Positions 10,339 through 19,949 of a stretch of DNA of 55,506 nt are shown in pieces. The first letter of the stretch is position 1. Each line of letters starts with the position of its first letter. The notes under the pieces were generated by a model. It did not search any database. It had not been told where the DNA came from and saw only the letters and a program-made list of their open reading frames with translations. The DNA comes from Vulcanimicrobiota bacterium. Lineage in GTDB: Bacteria > Vulcanimicrobiota > Vulcanimicrobiia > Vulcanimicrobiales > Vulcanimicrobiaceae. The stretch spans positions 1-55,506 of the forward strand of contig PLCF01000079.1 of NCBI GenBank assembly GCA_003135555.1, read 5' to 3'. A program made the position numbers and the translations under genes.

Positions 10339-11272
10339 GCCGGTCGCCTACGCGGTCGTCGCGATCGTGGCCCTGAGCGCGGTGCCGTTCGTCGCGCCGC
10401 GATCCGAGTACGCGATCGAGGTGCTGTTCTTGATCTTCCTGTACGGCGCGATGGCGACCGCGTGGAACCTGCTGGGCGGCTTCGCCGGACAGGTCTCGTT
10501 CGGCCACGCGGCGTTCCTGGGCATCGGCGCGTACGCGACGACGATCATGATCGCGAACGGCGTGTCGTTGTGGGTCGCGGTGCCGGTCTCCGCCCTGCTT
10601 GCGGGTCTGTACTCGCTGGTGATCGGCATCCCCGCGTTTCGCCTGCGCGGTCCGTACTTCTCGATCGCGACGATCGGGATCGGCGAGGCGACGCGGCTGA
10701 TCGCGCTCAACTGGACGTCGCTCACCGGCGGCGCGTCGGGGCTGACGCTGGCCGGTGCGCCGCCGCTGGTGCAGCAGTACTTTGCCGCGCTCGCGCTGCT
10801 CGTCGCCGCGGTCGGGTTGGCGGCCTGGATTCGCTCCTCGCGCTTCGGCTACGCGCTGGCCGCGGTGCGTCAGGATACCGACGCCGCCGAGACGCTCGGC
10901 GTCGCGACGACGGTGACCAAAACGCAGGCGCTGTTCCTCTCGGCTTGCATCCTGGGCGTCGCCGGGAGCGTCTACGCGCTGCACTATCTGTTCATCAGCC
11001 CCGACTCGGTGTTCGGTTTCTCGACCTCGATCTCGCTGGTCATCATGCCGATCATCGGTGGGCTCGGCACCGTCACCGGACCGCTGATCGGCGCGGTCGT
11101 CTACACGTTCATCCGCGAGCAGTTCGCCGCGACGCTGGCGAACGTCGATCTGCTCGCCTTCGGCGTGCTGCTCATCGCGATCGTCGTCTTCGAGCCGCGC
11201 GGCATTCTCGGCATCGCCGATCGCGTGCGCGGGATGCGGCGCGCGCGTCCGCCCGCCGGCGCCGATGCCTGA
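10331..11272 (+). CDS. Branched-chain amino acid ABC permease (LivM-like)
   Basis: WNLLGGFAGQVSFGHAAF, LRGPYFSIAT motifs. Confidence 0.9.
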   Translation: MGKPVAYAVVAIVALSAVPFVAPRSEYAIEVLFLIFLYGAMATAWNLLGGFAGQVSFGHAAFLGIGAYATTIMIANGVSLWVAVPVSALLAGLYSLVIGIPAFRLRGPYFSIATIGIGEATRLIALNWTSLTGGASGLTLAGAPPLVQQYFAALALLVAAVGLAAWIRSSRFGYALAAVRQDTDAAETLGVATTVTKTQALFLSACILGVAGSVYALHYLFISPDSVFGFSTSISLVIMPIIGGLGTVTGPLIGAVVYTFIREQFAATLANVDLLAFGVLLIAIVVFEPRGILGIADRVRGMRRARPPAGADA

Positions 11273-12005
11273 CCCGCTCCTCGAAGGCCGCGGGCTGACC
11301 AAACGCTTCGGCGGCCTGGTCGCGGTGAACGCCGTCGACATCGCGGTCGAGCGCGGCGAGATCCTCGGCTTGATCGGGCCCAACGGCGCCGGGAAGTCGA
11401 CGTTGTTCCGGCTCATCGCCGGCGTCATGCACCCGACGGCGGGGAGCGTCAGGTTCGCCGGCCGCGCGATCACCGGGCGATCCGCGCACGACGTCTGCGT
11501 CGCCGGGATCGCGGTCACCCATCAGATCGTACGGCCGTTCCGCGAGATGAGCGTCGTCGACAACGTGATGATCGGTGCGTTCTTCGGCCATCGCCCGCGG
11601 CCGCGTGGGCGTGCCCGGGCGCGAGCGACCGCGATGGAGGCGCTGGCAGTTTGCGATTTGGCCGATCGTGCCGCCACGCCGGCGCGGGCGCTGACGCTGG
11701 GCGGCCAGAAGCGGCTCGAGATCGCGCGTGCCCTGGCGACGCGGCCGGAGGTGCTGCTGCTCGACGAGGTGCTGGCCGGGCTCAACCCGACCGAGACGGA
11801 CCGCACGCTCGACCTCGTGCGCGCGATTCGCGAGCGCGGGACGACAATCGTCATGGTCGAGCACAACCTGCGCGCCGTGCGCGGCCTGTGCTCGCGCATC
11901 GTCGTGCTGGTCGAAGGGCGCAAGATCGTCGAAGGCGACCCGCAAACCGTGCTCACCGACGAACGCGTGGTGAGCGCGTACCTGGGCACGTCTGCGCATG
12001 CTTGA
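11265..12005 (+). CDS. ABC ATP-binding protein (LivG-like)
   Basis: KRFGGLVAV, GPNGAGKST, LLLDE. Confidence 0.9.
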   Translation: MPDPLLEGRGLTKRFGGLVAVNAVDIAVERGEILGLIGPNGAGKSTLFRLIAGVMHPTAGSVRFAGRAITGRSAHDVCVAGIAVTHQIVRPFREMSVVDNVMIGAFFGHRPRPRGRARARATAMEALAVCDLADRAATPARALTLGGQKRLEIARALATRPEVLLLDEVLAGLNPTETDRTLDLVRAIRERGTTIVMVEHNLRAVRGLCSRIVVLVEGRKIVEGDPQTVLTDERVVSAYLGTSAHA

Positions 12006-12702
12006 GGTGACCGAGCTGGCCGTCGCGTACGGCGACGTGCAGGTGTTGTGGGACGTGTCGCTGCGCGTCGAGCGCGGCGAGATCGTCGCGCTGCTCGGCG
12101 CCAACGGTGCCGGCAAGACGACGCTGCTGCGTGCGATCTCGCGCACCGTGCCGGTACGCGCCGGCACGATCGTCCTCGAGGGCGAGCGCATCGACCGCTC
12201 GCCGTCGGCGCACGTCGTCGAGCTGGGCGTCGCGCACGTACCCGAAGGCCGGCGGCTGTGGCCCGACATGAGCGTCGAGGACAACCTGCGGCTGGGAGCG
12301 TACCCACGCCGCGCCCGCGCCGGCGCTAGCAGCGCGCTCGACTACGTCTACGCGATGTTCCCGCGCGTCGCGGACCGCCGGCGGCAGATCGCCGGGACGC
12401 TGTCGGGCGGCGAGCAGCAGATGGTCGCAATCGGCCGCGGGCTGATGAGCAAGCCGTCGATCCTAATGCTCGACGAGCCGTCGCTCGGGCTCGCGCCGAT
12501 CGTCGTCGCCGAGATGTTCGAGACGGTGCGCCGCATCAACGCCGAAGGGACGACCGTGCTGCTGGTCGAGCAGAACGTGCGCCAAGCACTCGAAATCGCA
12601 ACGCGCGGCTACGTCGTCGAGACGGGCCGAGTCGTCAGCAGCGGCACGCGCGAGGAGCTGCTCGGCAGCGACGAGATCCGCAAAGCCTACCTCGGCCTTT
12701 GA
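11998..12702 (+). CDS. ABC ATP-binding protein (LivF-like)
   Basis: GANGAGKTT, VPEGRR, LSGGEQQM, LDEPSLGLAP. Confidence 0.92.
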   Translation: MLEVTELAVAYGDVQVLWDVSLRVERGEIVALLGANGAGKTTLLRAISRTVPVRAGTIVLEGERIDRSPSAHVVELGVAHVPEGRRLWPDMSVEDNLRLGAYPRRARAGASSALDYVYAMFPRVADRRRQIAGTLSGGEQQMVAIGRGLMSKPSILMLDEPSLGLAPIVVAEMFETVRRINAEGTTVLLVEQNVRQALEIATRGYVVETGRVVSSGTREELLGSDEIRKAYLGL

Positions 12703-12815
12703 ACGCCGAGCGTTGCCCGGACTCGGGCAATCTCAACCTCGATGTCGGCCTGAATCCGCGCTTCCCGTTCGGGTGAAAGCGGTCGGCGAATCTCGCGCCA
12801 CGGTCGCGTGCGCAT
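12687..12815 (-). pseudogene. 42-aa ORF resembling the N-terminus of HigA/XRE-type antitoxins, lacking the HTH
   Basis: MRTRPWREIRRPLSPEREARIQADIEVEIARVRATLGVQRPR; TTGACG-containing AT-richer region upstream. Confidence 0.4.
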
Positions 12816-12917
12816 CTCAACGACTCTCTTTCATCGCCTACACCACAACGTCTTATGGCATGAAACCCGCGATGGCGTCAAGGGCATAGCACAATGGTCT
12901 TGTTGGACCGACGCGCC

Positions 12918-13370
12918 TCAGGGCAGCGTGGTTTCCATGATCGGTTGGTTCGAGGGTGTGACGACCCGCACGGGATAGCCGCGCCGGTAGAGGGAGTTCG
13001 GAGCGATCCAGAGCGTGTAGGTGCGGTACGGCCGCGTCGGCTGGCCGCCGTCGAGGGGTTGCTCTTCGAAGAGCACGATGTGCGTTCGGTCCAGCGTGGG
13101 GCTGAGATGCTCCTGAATCTGGCGGTAGCCGGTCTGCGTGTGCGGGCCGAGCAACAGCACGACGGCGAACTCGTTGCGGAAGTGGACGGGTGCCTTGATG
13201 CCGAGCCGGTCGAGCGTTGCGGTATCACGCACGACGACGAGCTCTTTGCCGCTGCCTAGCACCGTCGTCGTTCCGCGCTGCAGCGCCTGGACGCGCAATT
13301 CACGACAGCCGGACAGAACGAGCAGCGCGCCGAGCAGGCATGCCCACCGCGTGCTGGTCGCCGGTCTCAC
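12918..13370 (-). CDS. Lipoprotein, PrcB C-terminal-like domain
   Basis: GTG overlapping upstream TGA; lipobox LSGC; VVLLLGPHTQTGY motif. Confidence 0.6.
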   Translation of the reverse strand: MRPATSTRWACLLGALLVLSGCRELRVQALQRGTTTVLGSGKELVVVRDTATLDRLGIKAPVHFRNEFAVVLLLGPHTQTGYRQIQEHLSPTLDRTHIVLFEEQPLDGGQPTRPYRTYTLWIAPNSLYRRGYPVRVVTPSNQPIMETTLP

Positions 13371-14860
13371 CTCTGCTGCCGCGCTGCAAGCAACTCGCGC
13401 AGCCGCGGTTTTTCTACTTTGCCCATCGCGTTGCGGGGAAGCGCGTCGATCGGGTAGAGGTGCTTGGGGACCTTGAAGCTCGCCAGCCGTTCGCGCAGCG
13501 TGTCGAGCGCCTGTTCCGCGTCGAACTGCTCGTCGGTCTCGACGAACGCGACGGGGATCTCGCCGCGCGCGGCGTCCGGCTGTCCGACCACCGCCGCCGC
13601 GCGAATCCCCGGGATACGCAGCAGCTCGTCCTCGACCTCGATCGGGTAGATGTTGAAGCCGCCGCTGATCACCAGCTCTTTGAGGCGGCCGTTGATGACG
13701 TAACCGCGCTGCGGATCGAACGTCGCGAGGTCGCCGCTCTTGTACCAGCGCCGGCCTTGCGCGTCGTGCGCGAACGCCGCCGCGGTCGCGGCGTCGTTGC
13801 GCCAATAGCCTTCGAACACGTTGGGCCCATGGACGAGGATCTCGCCCGCCATGCCCGGCGCGATGTCTTGGTTCGTGACCGGATCGGCGAGCCGCACCTC
13901 GACGTGCGGGAGCGGAAACCCGACCGTTCCGGCGTGACGCGGAGCGTCGTAGCGATTGCTCAGCGCAAAACCGAACTCGGTCGAGCCGTAGCGTTCGAGG
14001 ATCGAGACGCCGAAGCGCCGGCCGAACTCCTCGTGCACGCTCGCCGGCAGCGCGGCCGAGCCCGAGACGAACAGCCGCACACCGTCGAAGCGCACGCCGT
14101 CGCGGGCCTGCTCGAGGATGCGCACGTACATCGTGGGCACCCCGAAGAACATCGTCGCCTCACCGGTCGCCAGCGCCGCGACGACCGAAGGCGCGTCGAA
14201 GCGCTCGCGCAGCAGCACGCGCGCGCCGGCGACGAGCGTGCCATTCAACCCCGCGCCGAGCCCGTGTACGTGGAAGAGCGGGAGCGTCAGCAGCAGCGTG
14301 TCGCTCGCGGTCCAGTGCCACGCTTCGACCAGCGCGCTCGCGATCGCGGCCAGGTTACCGTGGGTGAGCAGCGCGCCCTTGCTGCGGCCGGTCGTGCCGC
14401 TGGTGTAGATCAGGATCGCGCCGTCACCGGCGTCGATCGCGGGCGGATCGGCTGGCGGTGCGATCGACGCGTCGTGCGCCCACGCTTCGATGTCGGCGAG
14501 GTCGAGAACCGTGCGCCCGTCCTGCGGCGACACGTACTGCGCGCTCTGCGCGGAGACGCACACCACCGATGGCGTCGCGTCGCTCAGGATGTGTTCGAGG
14601 TCGGAGGTGCGGTACAGCACGTTGACGGTCACGACGATCGCGCCGGCGCGCAAGCCGCCCAGGTACGCGTAGATGAAACCGGGCCGGTTCTCGGCATAGA
14701 TCGCGAGCCGGTCGCCGGGGCGCAGCCCTTTTTCGCGCAGCTTAGCTGCGACGCGCAGCGACGCGTCACGCAGCGCTGCATACGAAATATCGTCGAGGGC
14801 GAGCGCCATGGGTCTTTCGGCAGCGTGGGCGTCGAGCGACTCGAGCATGGAGCCCGTCAT
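13367..14860 (-). CDS. Acyl-CoA synthetase (MatB/malonyl-CoA synthetase-like)
   Basis: YTSGTTGRSKG, LPLFHVHGL, ERYGSTE, SGD, NAMGKV motifs. Confidence 0.88.
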   Translation of the reverse strand: MTGSMLESLDAHAAERPMALALDDISYAALRDASLRVAAKLREKGLRPGDRLAIYAENRPGFIYAYLGGLRAGAIVVTVNVLYRTSDLEHILSDATPSVVCVSAQSAQYVSPQDGRTVLDLADIEAWAHDASIAPPADPPAIDAGDGAILIYTSGTTGRSKGALLTHGNLAAIASALVEAWHWTASDTLLLTLPLFHVHGLGAGLNGTLVAGARVLLRERFDAPSVVAALATGEATMFFGVPTMYVRILEQARDGVRFDGVRLFVSGSAALPASVHEEFGRRFGVSILERYGSTEFGFALSNRYDAPRHAGTVGFPLPHVEVRLADPVTNQDIAPGMAGEILVHGPNVFEGYWRNDAATAAAFAHDAQGRRWYKSGDLATFDPQRGYVINGRLKELVISGGFNIYPIEVEDELLRIPGIRAAAVVGQPDAARGEIPVAFVETDEQFDAEQALDTLRERLASFKVPKHLYPIDALPRNAMGKVEKPRLRELLAARQQR

Positions 14861-15060
14861 CCCGCGATGAGCGCCAGCTCAAGGCGCGAGGATGGCGGCG
14901 GTTCTTCGACGGCGGGCCCACGTGCGATTCGACCATTAGGCACGGGACCGAGCAGTCGCGCAGCGGAGCGCAGCGCGTGGCTCGTCGGGGCCGTCCATGA
15001 ACTGTGGTGAGCGTTAGTGCCCGGTGATGCCATGACGTTGGCACAGCGTCGCGGGACGAT
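14861..15060 (-). ncRNA. Candidate structured RNA homologous to the tnpB 3'-end (omegaRNA-like)
   Basis: Ungapped inverted similarity to 16231-16311 including exact CACCGGGCACT; several hairpins. Confidence 0.4.
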
Positions 15061-15066
15061 GCCGTC

Positions 15067-16305
15067 GTGGCATCGCGCTTCGACGGTCAGCTCCGGTGGC
15101 TGCACAAAGTCCGGCTCTATCCGACCTGCGCGCAGGAACGCGCGCTCGTCACGATGCTGCGCGTCACGCGCGAGCTCTACAACGCATTGCTTATGCAGCG
15201 CCGAGACGCCTGGACGACTCGTCGCACTGGGCTCTCCAGCCGCGACCAATACGCGCAACTCACCGAGCTGCGTGAGGCCGAGCCGCGTTTCGCTAGCGTC
15301 TTTCGCGAATGCGAGGACGCGGTGCTGCACCGGTTGGACCTCGCCTTTGCGGCGTTCTTCCGGCGGCTCAAACGCGGCGAGACTCCGGGGTATCCGCGCT
15401 TCAAGCCCGCGGCCCGCTGGAATCAGCTCGAGTTTCCGCACGGCGACCGCGCGCTCAAGCTCGATATTGTGCAAGGGCGGGTGCGGATACCGGGTGCAGG
15501 TGCAGTGCGGCTGCGCAAGGGCCGGACGGTGCCCGAGTTCGGGCGCGCCTTCTTGGTGACCAAGAACGGCCGCTGGTACGCGGTGTTCGAGGCTCACCGT
15601 CGCCCATCGCCTTTGCCGGCGAGCGGGTGCAGCGTTGGGATCGACCGTGGCATCCGGGTGCTCGCCGCGCTCTCCGACGGCAGCACCATTGAGAACGTAA
15701 GGCCCGGTTCCCGCCGCCGCGCCGTGGTCGCACGACACCAGCGCGCGCTCGACGCGGCGACGCGCAAAGACGCCGCAGGTCGCCTGCTCAACCGGCACGA
15801 TCGCGCTCGAATGGCGACGGCCCGGCGTCTCGCTCGCGCCAAAGAGCGCGAGGCCAACGCGCGGCGCGAATGGCTGCATCAGGTCAGCCGCGAGATCGTG
15901 TTGCGGTTCGATCGCATCGCCCTGGAGGCACTGAACCTCCGCGGGATGACCCGCAGCGCCAAGGGCACGATCGAGAAGCCCGGGACGAACGTGGCGCAAA
16001 AGACGGGGCTGAACCGCTCTCTCCTCGACGCCGGGTTCGGGATGCTGGCGACACTGATCCGCGAAAAAGCAGAGTACGCTGCTCGCACGGTGGTCGACGT
16101 TGACGCCAGATACAGTTCGCAGACGTGTGCCGCGTGCGAGCACGTCTGCAAGGAAAGTCGGGAGGGACCACGCTTTGCCTGCGTTCGCTGCGGCCATGCG
16201 GCCGACGCGGACGTGAATGCGGCTCAAGTCATCCTCCTGCGGGCGGAGTCGCCGCCCATGAGAGCACCGGGCACTGCTCGGGGCAGGCAGCACGATGCGG
16301 CCTGA
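15067..16305 (+). mobile_element. tnpB: RNA-guided endonuclease TnpB (IS200/IS605 family), no tnpA nearby
   Basis: N-terminal HTH (KVRLYPT, RELYNALL), GYPRFK, RuvC GIDRG / IALEAL / DADVNAA, zinc finger CAAC..CVRC. Confidence 0.93.
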
Positions 16306-16325
16306 CCAAGCTCACGACGAATCGC

Positions 16326-17063
16326 TTATGCGCCGAGACGGTCCGCCAGCTCACCGAGGTCGCGCACGGCGAGGTCGAACTCGGGCATGGCCAGCGGATT
16401 GTTCGACTGCGTAGGGCCGTGTTCGTGCGGCCGCGCGATGAACCCCGTGCGCAGCCCCGTGGACGCCGCCGCTTTGAGGTCGCCGGGGTGGGCGGCGACG
16501 AGCATCACGCGCTCCGGCACCGTTGCGAGCAGCGCGACGGCGCCGCGATAGACTTCCGGGTCGGGCTTGTAGTGCCCGAAGAGTTCCGCCGAAAAGATGA
16601 CGTCCATCGGCAGCGGCGCACCCTTGGCGAGGTCGGTCAGCAGCCGCACGCCGCCGTTCGAGAGCGTGCCCAGAATGTAGCGCGTGCGCAGTCGCATCAG
16701 CCCGGCGACGGTGTCCGGCCACGGCCGCAGCCGGTGCCAGCGGTCGACGCACCAGCGGCGCGCGTTCTCGTCGAGCCCGCCGGCGATGTCGAACTGATCG
16801 GCGAGCGCGTCGAACGACTCCCGATGCAGCGCGTCGAGCGAGGTCCAGGGCCGCTCGCCGCGTCGCACGCGGTCCATCGAAGGCACGTACATGCCGCGCC
16901 AGAGGTCGACCAAGGCCGGCCAGTCGGCGGCCAGCCCGCGCTCCCGGCCGAACGCCGTCAGGTCCTCGATCAAGCTGCTGCGCCAGTCGACGAGCGTCCC
17001 GAAGACGTCGAAGAGCAGCGCCTCGACGCCGCCGCTCGCTACGTCAGGTATTTCTGGAACCAG
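16326..17063 (-). CDS. Haloacid dehalogenase type II (HAD)
   Basis: LFDVFGTLVDW, LSNG, YKPDP, VAAH motifs; nucleophile motif lies upstream of first canonical start (16973), so start is uncertain (CTG 17063 or ATA 17051). Confidence 0.85.
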   Translation of the reverse strand: MVPEIPDVASGGVEALLFDVFGTLVDWRSSLIEDLTAFGRERGLAADWPALVDLWRGMYVPSMDRVRRGERPWTSLDALHRESFDALADQFDIAGGLDENARRWCVDRWHRLRPWPDTVAGLMRLRTRYILGTLSNGGVRLLTDLAKGAPLPMDVIFSAELFGHYKPDPEVYRGAVALLATVPERVMLVAAHPGDLKAAASTGLRTGFIARPHEHGPTQSNNPLAMPEFDLAVRDLGELADRLGA

Positions 17064-17944
17064 GCCAGCGTGCGCGCCAACGCGTCGGCCGCCGCGCTCG
17101 GGACGTAGCTCTCGCGCTGGTCGTCGAAGAATCCGTGTCCCGCTTCGTCGTAGATCTTCGCCGCGTGCGGGGCGGTGAGGCGCGCGAACATCGCCACGAC
17201 GTCATCGGCCTTGATCGAGGTGTCACGCGCGCCGAAGCTTCCCAGCAGCGGCGTCGTGATGCGGCTGGTGAAGTCGAAGTCCGACGGCTTCGCGGGTTCT
17301 TTGGCGTTCGAGCCCGGCCGGACATTGCCGTAAAACATCGACGCGGCGGCGAATCCCTTCGAGTCGATGATGGACTGCAATACGATCGAGCCACCCATGC
17401 AGAACCCGGTGAGTCCGATCGAGCCATCGCGGGCCTGCGCTTGAATCCAGTCGTGGGCGGCGATGATGTCGCTAGGAACGAAACCGTCGGCGGTCATCTT
17501 CGTGGCGAAGGGGACGAACGGCATGTAATCCGTTCCACCGTCACCGCTCGGTGCGTTCAAGCGGTCGAACAGTGCCGGCGCGATCGCGATGAATCCGGCC
17601 TTGGCGTAGCGCCGCACGACGTCGCGGATCGACGTGTCGACGCCCCAGATGTGCTGGATCACGACGACGCCGGGCGTCAGCCGCGTTATCGTGCGCGGCG
17701 TGGCGGCGTACGAGCCGATCGGGCTGCCGGCCTTGGGCGCAAGGCGCGGGCGCGAGACGATGATCGCGGGGTCGTCCTCGGCGACGATCGGCGGGTGCGG
17801 CTTGCCGAAGCCGTCGGTCTGAGCCTGCGCGGCGGCGGCGTTCCCGATGAAGAACGCGGCGCCGGCGCCGAGCGTGACGAACCCGCGGCGTGAAACCTCG
17901 GCGCTGGTGGCAGCAAGGGGATCGGTGAGTTCTTCGAGGCTCAC
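17039..17944 (-). CDS. Dienelactone hydrolase family protein, Tat-exported
   Basis: SRRGF Tat motif, GFCMGG nucleophile, AGHGF; GTG overlaps upstream TGA. Confidence 0.88.
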   Translation of the reverse strand: MSLEELTDPLAATSAEVSRRGFVTLGAGAAFFIGNAAAAQAQTDGFGKPHPPIVAEDDPAIIVSRPRLAPKAGSPIGSYAATPRTITRLTPGVVVIQHIWGVDTSIRDVVRRYAKAGFIAIAPALFDRLNAPSGDGGTDYMPFVPFATKMTADGFVPSDIIAAHDWIQAQARDGSIGLTGFCMGGSIVLQSIIDSKGFAAASMFYGNVRPGSNAKEPAKPSDFDFTSRITTPLLGSFGARDTSIKADDVVAMFARLTAPHAAKIYDEAGHGFFDDQRESYVPSAAADALARTLAWFQKYLT

Positions 17945-18360
17945 GAGTACAGGTGGCCGCAGGCGGTCGCGTGCGCGCCGACAGTGTTCGACGCGAAGAC
18001 CACGATGTTGTAGTTTCCGGAGAGCAGCTTCGCCTCGGGGAGCTTGACCGTGGACCGGGAGTCGCCGTCCTTGAGGTCGGTCAAAAAGAACGCCGGACCG
18101 CCGGGGACGAAATCCTCGCACGAGTGCCCACGGTAGAATCGCACCGACTGTGCGCGTCCGGGGGGCACACCCTGCAGATGGACCAGGATGCGCGTCTCTG
18201 CGCCGCGGTCGAGCAGCGTGACCATTCCGACCTGCCCCGAGTTGTTGACCTCCTCGATCCCGAGTTGCGTCCCGGTCCCTGAATCCCCCGGATACGATTG
18301 CGCCGAGGCGACGGCGGTGGTGAGCAGGGCCGCGACGAGCGCGGCGACGGATCGCTTCAT
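17941..18360 (-). CDS. Small secreted protein (Cu/Zn-SOD-like or CHRD-like fold possible)
   Basis: AGGAGG RBS; signal peptide; NNSGQVG, RGHSC, ACGHL motifs. Confidence 0.6.
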   Translation of the reverse strand: MKRSVAALVAALLTTAVASAQSYPGDSGTGTQLGIEEVNNSGQVGMVTLLDRGAETRILVHLQGVPPGRAQSVRFYRGHSCEDFVPGGPAFFLTDLKDGDSRSTVKLPEAKLLSGNYNIVVFASNTVGAHATACGHLYS

Positions 18361-18552
18361 GGAGCCTCCTGGGAAGCGCGGAGCGGATGCGAATGCGGCG
18401 GTGCGGTCGTACTGTTGCGCCCCGCCTTTGGGGCGGTCCTTGGTCGAGGCGCTGCGCCGCCGAAAGGATTGTGCCGTGCGGCGGTGGAGTAGCGCTGTAA
18501 TGGGCGCGCGGCAGAGCCGCGGCGCCGTTTGACACGCAATCGAGGTGCCCGA

Positions 18553-19941
18553 GTGCAACGAATGACGCTCGGTACGCTCATGATGAGCGCGCTTTTCCTC
18601 GCAGGATGCGGCGGCGGCCTGGTGAGCGTTGCTCCCCGCGCCGCGAATCAGACAGCGCCGTCTTCGGGCGCCCGTCATTTCAAGTCGCTTCGCGACGGCT
18701 TGGCCGCCGGCGATCTGAAGCCGGCCTGCGGCCCCGTCGGCGTGGGGCGCGCACGCTGTTCGGCCGTCGTGCTCACCGCCGGCGCGTCCGCCGCCGTCGC
18801 AGCTGCGCCGCTCTCCCCGGCTGCCGCTCCGGCCCTGCCGGCGGGATACGGACCGGCCGATCTGCAGTCGGCCTACCACCTCACCGAGGCCGCCCGGAAC
18901 AACGGCGACGATGCGCTCATCGCGATCGTCGACGCCTTCGACGATCCGCACGCCGAGCGCGACCTCGCGGTCTATCGCGCGCGCTTCGGGCTGCCGCCGT
19001 GCACCACGGCGAACCACTGCTTTCAAAAGGTGAACCAACAGGGCCGCGCTCGCCCGATGCCGTCGCTCCCCACGGCGGACCTGGCCGGGTGGACGCTGGA
19101 GACCTCGCTCGACCTCGACATGGTGTCGGCGAACTGCCCGCGCTGCCGCATCCTCTTGCTCGAATCGAACGACGACAATATGAGCAACCTCGGCACGGCC
19201 GTGAACGAAGCTGCCGAGATGGGCGCGAACGCGATCTCGAACAGCTACGTCGCGCTCGAGTCGCCCACCGACCCGCTGCGGGTGGCCGACGGCGGCGTGC
19301 TTCCGTACTACGTGCACCCCGGCGTCGCGGTCGTGGCCGGCGCAGGTGATTTCGACTTCGCGTTCTTCGGCCCGAGCCTCGGGCCGCTCGTCCCGGCCGC
19401 GTTTCCCACCGTCGTGACCGTCGGCGGAACGCAGTTGGTGCGTGACCCGACCTCGTCGCGCGGCTGGCAAGAGTCGGCCTGGGACGGTACGGGCAGCGGC
19501 TGCAGTGCCTACGAGGCGATGCCGCCGTGGCAGACGGCGGATCCCAGCTGCGTTGGCGCCGTTACCGATTCCGCCGGGAACACGACGACGTTTCCATCGC
19601 GTATTTACGGCGACGTCGCATACGTCGGCTCGCCGTTCACCGGGGTCGCCGTATACGATACGGACGGCCAACTCGGGACGACCGGTTGGGGCGTGGTCGG
19701 CGGTACGAGCGTGGGTGCGCCCGCGATCGCGGCGATCTACGGGCTCTCCGGATACGGCCGGTCCGAGCGCGGCGACGATCTGCGGTTCCCCGCGGCGAAG
19801 CTCTACCGTGTGAAACGCGGGCTGTTCGACATTACGACGGGCTCGAACGGGCTCTGCACGGTCGCGTTCTTGTGCAATGCCGGACCGGGCTACGATGCGC
19901 CAAGCGGAAACGGGACGCCCAACGGGATCGGCGCCTTCTGA
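18553..19941 (+). CDS. S53/S8 family serine peptidase lipoprotein
   Basis: Lipobox LAGC; ETSLD (E-x3-D), GGTS catalytic Ser, GYDAPSGNGTP C-terminus. Confidence 0.85.
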   Translation: MQRMTLGTLMMSALFLAGCGGGLVSVAPRAANQTAPSSGARHFKSLRDGLAAGDLKPACGPVGVGRARCSAVVLTAGASAAVAAAPLSPAAAPALPAGYGPADLQSAYHLTEAARNNGDDALIAIVDAFDDPHAERDLAVYRARFGLPPCTTANHCFQKVNQQGRARPMPSLPTADLAGWTLETSLDLDMVSANCPRCRILLLESNDDNMSNLGTAVNEAAEMGANAISNSYVALESPTDPLRVADGGVLPYYVHPGVAVVAGAGDFDFAFFGPSLGPLVPAAFPTVVTVGGTQLVRDPTSSRGWQESAWDGTGSGCSAYEAMPPWQTADPSCVGAVTDSAGNTTTFPSRIYGDVAYVGSPFTGVAVYDTDGQLGTTGWGVVGGTSVGAPAIAAIYGLSGYGRSERGDDLRFPAAKLYRVKRGLFDITTGSNGLCTVAFLCNAGPGYDAPSGNGTPNGIGAF

Positions 19942-19949
19942 CCGGAGCC

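Noticed and set aside
15067..16305. TnpB as Cas12f or as nuclease-dead TldR
   Set aside because: No CRISPR array in the window; catalytic D-E-D residues are intact
18361..18528. Hairpin CCGCC-ccaaa-GGCGG followed by GGCGCAA in the leader of the 18360 gene, reminiscent of a c-di-GMP-I riboswitch
   Set aside because: No GGCAAA 5' strand, no GAAA tetraloop and no recognisable P2 stem
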